The notes beneath the pieces are model-generated. The model saw nothing but the letters and a program-made list of their open reading frames with translations. It did not search any database and had not been told where the DNA came from. A stretch of 64,000 bases of DNA from the human T2T-CHM13v2.0 reference genome, Homo sapiens: NCBI RefSeq assembly GCF_009914755.1, contig NC_060926.1; one strand, written 5' to 3'. Each line of letters starts with the position of its first letter. The first letter of the stretch is position 1. Positions 51,913 to 64,000 of the stretch are shown here, piece after piece. Both the position numbers and the translations under genes were made by a program.

Positions 51913-52466
51913 ATATTCTTTCCTATTAAGGAAAACTTTATTTGAATAAAGTTGTAGAACACTTTTTTTTTTTTTTTTTAAGGAGTCTAAAAGCAGGGCA
52001 AGTTTAAATTCTGGACCTCCAAACCAGATTTCAGAAAGACTTAATTGTGCCAAAATGATCTTATTGTTAACAGGGGTTGTTTGTCCCTTCATTCTAGGGG
52101 CTCTCAAACACATCAAAGCCTGCTAAGTCTCCAATTCTCCCTGTGAAGCAAGACACCCCTGTGTTCAGTGGCATTTGGCAAGGATCCTGAGGTCACAGCC
52201 TGGTTTTGTGATGTGGTGATAATGACTCTAAGTAGTGAACGCCAAAGATTTTATATTCTGCCTGCAAATCATGATGGGTTCTAATGACACAGCATATAAA
52301 AGTTCTCAAGTATTGCTTTGCCACCTCCACTGCTCATTAACTTAACTTGGTAGGAGTTTCTTGATGGAAGACAATCAAACATTTTTATGAATGAGTCACA
52401 AATACTATCACACTGATTCTTTGGCAAATATAATTCTTATTGTTTTATAAGAAAACAGTCATCACC

Positions 52467-52843
52467 TGCAATAGACTGATGTTTGTGCTCTCCTCACCCC
52501 CAACCAAATTTATATGTTGAAATGTTGAAATTCTAACCCCTAGTGTGTATCAGGAGATGGGACCTTTGGAAGGAATTAAGGTCATGAGGGTGGAGCCTTC
52601 ATGAATGGGATTAATGTCCTTACAAAAGGGGACCCCAGAGAGCTCTCTGGCCCTCCTTCTGCTATGCAAGAATACAGCAAGAAGATGGCTGTGTCTGAAC
52701 CAGGAAGTGGACCCTCAGACACCGACTTTGCTAGAGCCTTGCTCTTAGACTCCCCATCCTCCAGAACTATGAGAAATAAATCTGTTGTTGAAGCCACTCA
52801 GTCTATGGTATTTTTGTTACAGCATTCTGAACAAACTAAGACA
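52467..52843 (+). mobile_element. MLT1A0-like solo LTR
   Basis: ggtcatgagggtggagcc...aaactaagaca; near-TSD tcacc/tcatc. Confidence 0.8.
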
Positions 52844-52968
52844 TCATCTTTCTTAGTTTTCCAGAAATAAACATGTTTTCCAAGGACAGAAAAGGACAAA
52901 AGAAGAAAGCAAAAGATACCTCCTGGTATTCTCCTGGTAGGAATTTTCCTCCAGCTACAAAAACATTA

Positions 52969-53310
52969 GTGTAGTGGGCTGAACAATGATCCCCTAAGAT
53001 AGCAGGTCCTAATCCCTGATATCTTTGGAACCTGAAAATGTTACCTTATTTGGAAAAGGCTCTTTGAAGATGTGATTTTTTTTTTTTTTTTTTTCAGATT
53101 TCTTTCTAGATGGGGAGATTATCCTGGATTATCCAGGTGGGTCCTAAATGCCATCACATGCATCTTTGTAAGAGATAGGCAGAGGGAGATTTGAGACAGA
53201 CATGGAAGAGGTAATGTGAAAACAAAAGCGAATATTGGAGTGATACTTCCACAAGCCAAGGAATGCCAGCAGCCATCAGAAGCCAGAAGAGGCAAAAAGA
53301 ATGAATTCTC
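52969..53310 (+). mobile_element. MLT1C/D-like LTR, 3'-truncated by a chimeric Alu (53311-53670)
   Basis: atgttaccttatttggaaaag; acaagccaaggaatgcc. Confidence 0.75.
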
Positions 53311-53426
53311 AGCTGGGTGCGGTGGCTCATGCCTGCAACGTCAGCACTTTGGGAGGCCAAGGCAGGTAAATGGCTTGAGCCCAGGAATTCAAGACCAGCC
53401 TTGGGCAATATGATGTAACCCTGTCA

Positions 53427-53669
<243 letters not shown>

Positions 53670-53773
53670 TCAACTGGACTTCAGGGAAACAGGTCTGTAG
53701 CAAACTGCTCAAATCCTAATGCAATGTTGTAACCAGAGCACTAACAAAAACAATCATAATGCTGATAAAAAGA

Positions 53774-53811
<38 letters not shown>

Positions 53812-54874
53812 CCCATTCTATCTGTGCTTGCACGTGCACCCACCTTCATTGTCAGTCAGCCTTTGCAGCATCAAACCGTTGGGCTCACACTGCCTCCTCT
53901 GAGATGTAGACACGTGAGGGAATTAGAGATCATCTTCACTGGGGAAAAAAAGGCTTCTGGAATTAAATGAATGATATGTACACGTAAATTCTCCAGCTGC
54001 ACTTTTACCAGATAATTTCACTTTGGGGGAAAACTCGTGGTCCTTAAAGTCACTATTTTGCCACTACTTGCACAAAAGGAAAGTATTTCTTCAGGATTCA
54101 TTTTTTTCCTTTAAGATCTTCATAAATTGCTTCAAAATATTAATGTGCAATGAAAAATAGCATAGAAACCAAAGTGACTTCCATTTTATGCTGTCCTTAG
54201 TGCCCTAGTTACCAATTTACATGTGACCTATTATTACAGAAACATATGTCATAGAAGAAAGAACCGTGTTCAGGAGGTTAGTCAGGAGAAGATTTTGTGT
54301 AGCAATGATCTTGTTACTTGGTTTTATTGGAGCTGTACAAAAGGCACAAAAATGGAAATACTGAATGTATCAGTCAGCATTGCGTCTGCATGCATGTAAA
54401 CAGAGACCCAATTACCATGTCTTTACCAAACAGGGATTTGTTTTCCCACATGGTCAGGATTCAAAGGTGGGCAGGCCAGGCTGCTGCAGCTGCTCTAGGG
54501 ACCCAGGTTCCTCCTAGCTCCCGGTACCGTCGTTAGATTGTTGCTTTCATCTTCATGGTGGCAAGACAGCTCCTTGACCATCAAGCATCGTGTCCATGAG
54601 TCAGGCAGGAGGAAGAAGGGAAGGACAATGGGCATGTTCCTGGAAGCACCAACAAGCCACTGTTTGAGAGCTGAGAGTTGGCCAGATCATGTCATAAAGT
54701 AACCCCAACTACAAGAGAGGCTGGGCATTCAATATTTTAAGTGGGTAGACTGTGCCCGAATAAAATTGGATTCTGTGAGTAAATACAATGGGAAAATGGC
54801 TATTGGCAAGCAGCTGGCAGTGTCTGCCACATTGGCATAAAATGTGTCTTAAAGATGCTCATTATAAATCTGAT

Positions 54875-55929
<1,055 letters not shown>

Positions 55930-57095
55930 TGAATAATGTTAATAAGGGATTTGGATAATGCTGCTAGAAGAACTCTAGGAATGTAATACAACTTTAAAAA
56001 ACAAAACAAACACAAACTTCTATAATTTGCATTCTCCCACATCTCTTCATTTGTAAAATGTATTACACTGAATCAAAACACATGAGATACATAAATCAGA
56101 TTTAATTTTCAATTAGAATAAAATTCCTGATCTATTCTCTGGGTAAAACTTATTAATCCCTAAAAGTTCTCTTTAAAATGAACTGTTTGTTATAGCACAT
56201 TCCCTAAAAACAAAAGTACTGCATTTGACTTCAGGAGAGCTAAGTGTGAGTGTCAATTCTTCCATTTATTAGTTGGTGACCGCAGGGGACATAAGACCTA
56301 CCCAGGATGTGCTCCCACTTTGTTCCTTCTCTGGAGCACCCCAATCTTGCTCAAGTATCTCCCCATCCCATACCTAGGAGAAGCTGATCTCACCTCCAGC
56401 ACCATAGGTAATCCGCCCTCCCTCCAGTGATTTGGGCAGAAATGGGCGTTAGTTATTATAAGTTGAGATTCTAATTAATAATACTAACGTTGAAAAAATT
56501 ACTCATCTCTTCCACATCCCCACATTCTAATCTATTAAAACAGGGATGATGCTCTTGGCTCTATTTAACATAATCACCATAAAGTGCTTTTTTATTTTGC
56601 AAAATGGAATATATTCAGAAGATGGTATTGTGTCAAAAAGAAATAGAAGTAAGTGGACTAGCTTGGGACATTTCCTATAAACTGTTATTGTTGTATTTGC
56701 AAATTATGGAAGCTATTTTCTTTTAAAAACTGTTTCAAATGTGTATATTCAAATGAGTGTCAGTTACTTTGAATTAGTCACGTTGTGAATTTCTGCATGT
56801 ATTCATTCAGTCATCCTCCTATGCACCAGGCACTATAGTTGCTACGGGTACAGTAATTCGCAAGATGGTCGTAAGAGGTAGCAGGGACTCCTCTTAGGGG
56901 CCTGCCATGCACTTTCTCCAAAGCATGGAAATAAAGGAAAAGTTTTAGTTATTGCAGGGGAAATTCCAGGCACCTAGTTAGCCCTGAGAAGTAAACCAGC
57001 AACTTGATTAGCAAGAAGGTAATAGTAGCTTAAAACAATAGCCAAGAAAGTTCGAATTCTGGGATGTTTTGTTCTCTATAGAAACTAAAGATAAC

Positions 57096-57602
57096 TCTTC
57101 TCCTCCCTGGCTGTCTGAGGGTAGGCCACCATCATGAACTATCCTAACACATAGGATAGGACACAGTAACTATCCTAACTAGAAAGTTCATGACTACTTC
57201 AGAGGAAACAGATGCTCATTGATGTCCTTCATCCCGGGAAGGCAACAGTGCCTAAGACAGAAATTCAGAAAAAACTAGCCAAAATGTATAAGACCACACT
57301 GGATGTCATCTTTGTATTTGCATTCAGAACTCATGCTGGTGGTGGCTTTGGCATGATTTATGATTCCTTGGATTATGTAAAGTAAAATGAACCCAAACAT
57401 ACCAAACATAGACTTGCAAGACATGGCCTGTATGAGAAGAAAAAGACCTCAAGAAAGCAACAAAAGGAATGCAAGAACAGAATGGAGAAAGTCAGGGGTA
57501 CTGCAAAGGCCAGTGTTGGTGCTGGCAAAAAGCCGAAGGAGTAAAGATATTGCAAGGATGTTATCTGCGGCCATTGAGGATTTTTCACAATAAGATTAAT
57601 AA
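57096..57602 (+). pseudogene. RPS24: processed pseudogene of 40S ribosomal protein S24 (eS24)
   Basis: Intronless match to RPS24 mRNA: 5'TOP-like start, ATG at 57134, ...[15 protein letters not shown]...[18 protein letters not shown]...GAGKKPKE* (TAA 57542-57544). Disabled by a 20-bp insertion, 8- and 12-bp deletions, a 9-bp duplication and a stop; bounded by a 16-bp TSD. Confidence 0.96.
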
Positions 57603-58968
<1,366 letters not shown>

Positions 58969-59282
58969 CTAACAGATCCCTGAGTTGTTTTTCAGAAACA
59001 TGGATGCCCAGCAAATGAATCCACTGGCACCTAGACCTCAGGTTAGGGGGAACTGAGGACTCAACTCTGACTGCCATTTTTTTTTTCTGAAGTTCTTTCT
59101 GGGGGGCCTGGAGGAAGTCACGCCCATGAGCCAGAGATAACATTCTTTTCTCCTGACCCCAAATTTTTAGACAAACCTTTTCCATCTTAACCAATTGCAA
59201 ATCAGAAAATCTTTGAATCTCTGACCTGTAACCTGCCCCATGCCCCACCACCCACTTTGAGATGTCCCGCCTTTTTAGGTCA

Positions 59283-59597
<315 letters not shown>

Positions 59598-60715
59598 CTA
59601 AATAAATATAAAAACCCTTACTTGCAAGCCATTGGGGAGGTCAGGTCTTAAGTATGAGGTGCCTGATTCTTCTTGCTTGGTGCCCTGCAAAGATAAATAC
59701 CGTTCTTCCTCCTATTGCAAACTGCAGAGTGAATGTTTGGCTTTACCGAGCCAGGTGTGCAGACCCCAGTTCAGTCCTGTACCAGGCACAGGTCCCTGCC
59801 CTCATGGAGCTGCAACTGCCAATGATCTGTTGCAGTGCCCAAAACAGACTTACCCAGAGGCAGGTTCTGGGCAATGCAAAAACACCAATCTCATTCTTTT
59901 ATTGCTAGGTTTTTTTTTTCCTAAGCCAATACTATTAGTTTGGTTACATATCTTATTCACTAGGCTTGTTATCAAATTACTTATGTTACTTTTTAAAAAT
60001 TAACCTGTTCTCAGCCAGATGTGGTGGCTAACACCTGTAAATCCAGCACTTTGGGAAGCCAAGGCAGGATGATCATTTTAGCTCAGGAATTCAAGACCAG
60101 TCTGGGCAACATGGCAAAACTCCATCACTACTAAAAATACAAAAATTAGCCGGGTGTGGTGGCACATGCCTGTAATTCCAGCTATTCAGGAGGCTGAGGC
60201 AGGAGAATCGCTTGAATCTAGGAGGTGGAGGATGCAGTGAGCCGAGACTGCACTACTGCACTCAAGCCTGGGCGACAGAGCAAGATCCGTGATCCGTCTC
60301 AAAAAAAAAGAAAGAAAGAAATTGCAATCTGGAAGGATGGTTAGAACCATTCTTTTGAGGGCGCCATCGCTACTTAAAAACATGCATGTTGAAGTTCTGT
60401 TTAAAAACTCACATTATTTTTTAGTCCCAGGTTAAGAGTGTGGCATTACTTTACAATGAACCGCCTTCAGATGTGGCAGTGATTGCCCTTGCCCCCTATT
60501 ATTCTGTCGTTGTCATTGTGAGATATTCATTTTAAACACCTAGAGAAGGGAAAATTAATCATGTTTTAAAATCAGATAAAGCATTAATGGTCATGAAATT
60601 TTAATACTGATTCTCAGTTTTTAGTTTTCACACAGATGAAACTTTCTTATTTAGAGATAAACCTAGGGAAAGATTTAATGAGTAATTGATATTAAAAAGT
60701 TGAAATCACATGTAA

Positions 60716-60976
<261 letters not shown>

Positions 60977-61225
60977 TAGTCATGATGGTCTTGATCTCCT
61001 GACCTCATGATCCACCTGCCTCAGCCTCCCAAAGTGCTGGGATTACAGGCGTGAGCCACCACACCCAGCTCAACATCTTTTTATTTGAAAGAATTGAGCT
61101 CACATTTGTCAGATAAATTGCTGCCTAAATTATCTAAGATGATTTTCACATTCTTGTGTGGAAATCAAATTTTGCAAGGTTGTAGAATTAACTTAGAAGA
61201 GACAAAGGTGTGTTCTTTCTTTCAG

Positions 61226-61284
61226 GAGGGCTTGCTAATTGAAGTTGAAGCATCAGATGTCCTGAAAGCACTCAAACTCATCAG
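61226..61284 (+). other. candidate exon (59 nt) of a plus-strand transcript
   Basis: Strong acceptor gttctttctttcag|G and donor CAG|gtaaca; open frame EGLLIEVEASDVLKALKLIR. Confidence 0.45.
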
Positions 61285-61628
61285 GTAACAAAAGCCCAGA
61301 CAACGGAAATGAAGCAAAGCAAGTTAGTTCTTGAAATGAAACTCTGGAAATCCCAACTTGAGCAAATAAAGAGGCAGAAAAAAAAAAACCTAGAAAAAGA
61401 ATAAATCACAAAATAAAAGGCACTTAGGAAGGGAATTTTTTGTTTAAGTATTTATTTAGTTTTTTCCATTATAAGCATTGCGTAGATTGTGCTATGCTTT
61501 TGAAATTGTAAAAATATGTCTGTTTGTTGTATGTCTCTTCTCTCACTACTTGAAAATGTAAAAAAGAACATTTTCTTGCCTGTATCTTACATGTGCAGGA
61601 TTACAAGCTCAGATGCTTGCTGGGCCAA

Positions 61629-61679
61629 TCCCAAAATAGGCTCTGCAAAGTGGGGGACTTTGCAGAGCCTATTTTGGGA
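61629..61679. repeat. perfect inverted repeat, 23-bp arms, 5-nt loop
   Basis: tcccaaaataggctctgcaaagt-ggggg-actttgcagagcctattttggga. Confidence 0.97.
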
Positions 61680-62301
61680 CCCTGAAAGGGTTAGCTGCCT
61701 CTGGACTCCAGATTTTTTTTTTTTTTTTTTTTTGTTGAGACAAGGTCTTGCCCTGTCACCCAGGCTGGAGTGCAGTGGCGTGAATCATGGCTCACTGCAA
61801 CCTCCACCTCCAGGGCTCAAGCATTCCTCCCACCTCAGCCTCCTGAGTAGCTGGGACTACAGGCACACAGCACCACACCTGGCTAATTTTTGTATTTTTG
61901 GTAGAGACATGGTCTCACTATGTTGTCCAGGCTGGTCTCAAACTCCAGGCCTCAAATAAACCTCCTGCCTTGGCCTCCCAAAGTTTTGGGATTCCAGATG
62001 TGAGCCACTGTGTCCAGCCAGACTCCATTTTTTGCCACACAAAGTGTGGGCCCAGTGCTGCTAGACATTTGGGTATTCCAGAGAACAGTGTCCTGGTCTG
62101 GGGTCCCCCAAAAGCTGACCCTGAGACCAGGATTGGGTACAAGGATTTATTTGGGAGGTGATGGCAGGGAGCTCAGTGATGGCGTGAGGCAGTGACATGG
62201 CCACCTGCTGTCTGCCAATCTCTGAGGGGGCAGAGATAGGAAATTGCCTTATCTTTTCAAAAGAAGTATTTTGAGGTTTCAGTTATTAACAGGAAATATA
62301 G

Positions 62302-62531
<230 letters not shown>

Positions 62532-62940
62532 TAGTAGAAACTGGGTTTCACCATGTTGGCCAGGATAGTCTCAATCTCCTGGCCTTGTGATCCACCCTCC
62601 TTGGCCTCCCAAAGTGCTGGGATTACAGGCATGAGCCACCGTGCCTGGCCGGAAAAATTCTTTAATTTTGAGCTGAATCCAGAGTTTTCAGTTGGCTCTT
62701 TTTCTTTTAGGCATAGAATACAGTATTCAGGAAATTATAGCATTACTACATTCTGGAATGCCTGACAAGAATAAGTTTAGGAAGGCTTGGAGGAGAAAAG
62801 GTAAATTGCTACTCTTTGGGGAAGGGGAGGAATCAAAGCATTCTGGGTAACATAAAATGAGGCACAAATAGCGAGGCAAGATTTGGGAGGGAGTGGGGAG
62901 TGGAGAAGACCAGAAAGACCCAATCACTAGTTAATTGTAA

Positions 62941-63396
<456 letters not shown>

Positions 63397-63699
63397 TGAC
63401 CTCTTCTTTCTACACACATTCCTTATATGCTCTTGTCCAAACTAGGACTCTCTTTGTTTACATATATTTCAATGACTCCCAAATTGAGTATCTCCAGTCC
63501 AGACCTCCCTTCTGAATTCCAGACTCATAAATCCAACTGCCAGTTCAAAGTCTCCACTTGGGTTCCTCCAGGAAGCATCTCCGTTAGCATGTCTATGGAA
63601 GAGCTTTGATTCCTACCCACCCCAGCTTAGTTTGGATTCCCCCAAAGGCAGACTCTGAGACAAGGAGATCCGTAGGGAATTTGGGGGTTGGGGGAGATG

Positions 63700-64000
63700 G
63701 GTAGGTTGTTTGCAAAGATGGCCTTAGCATTCTTTCCTTCTTGTATGACATTTCCTTTGCAATGTGACTTTGACTTCCCTGCCACCAAGAAGTGGAATTT
63801 GTCTCTTCACCCTTTGAATCTGGCCTAGCACCTGAGCCCTGCTTTAATGAAAAGAATGCAGTAGGAGCAGCACTGTGGACCTCATGAAGCTTCGCAGCTT
63901 CCACTTTTGTCCCTTTGGAACACTGCCCAAGACTGCCATGTGAAGAATCCCAGTCTAGCCTGGTGGAGGAGGAAAGGGTATTGGGACTACATGAGCCAAC
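63700..64000 (+). mobile_element. MLT1-like MaLR LTR running off the window end
   Basis: ccctttgaatctggcc; ctgccatgtgaagaatcccagtctagcc. Confidence 0.65.

Noticed and set aside
57096-57602. Functional RPS24 retrogene
   Set aside because: Frameshifting insertion and deletion plus a premature stop.

Overview
Primate (human-like) genomic DNA dominated by interspersed repeats: roughly 70 Alu copies or fragments, old L1/L2/MIR remnants, MaLR and ERV solo LTRs, and DNA-transposon fossils. No intact protein-coding ORF is supported, and most supplied ORFs come from Alu or low-complexity sequence. Clear landmarks are (i) a CpG-island promoter at ~17.8-18.85 kb with clustered RFX X-box-like, CCAAT and GC-box motifs, which probably drives a minus-strand spliced transcript with candidate exons at 13.9, 12.7, 7.5, 3.9 and 2.8 kb (gene not identified); (ii) a small second CpG cluster at ~47.6-47.9 kb with plus-strand splice donors, plus a clean candidate exon at 61.2 kb; (iii) an RPS24 processed pseudogene at ~57.1-57.6 kb inside a nested retroelement stack. 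I found no evidence for a new multi-gene biological system. The best leads are the unidentified RFX-type transcript, a perfect 23-bp-stem hairpin, and several templated-insertion or duplication scars. Repeat family names come from recall of consensus sequences, and repeat boundaries are approximate.
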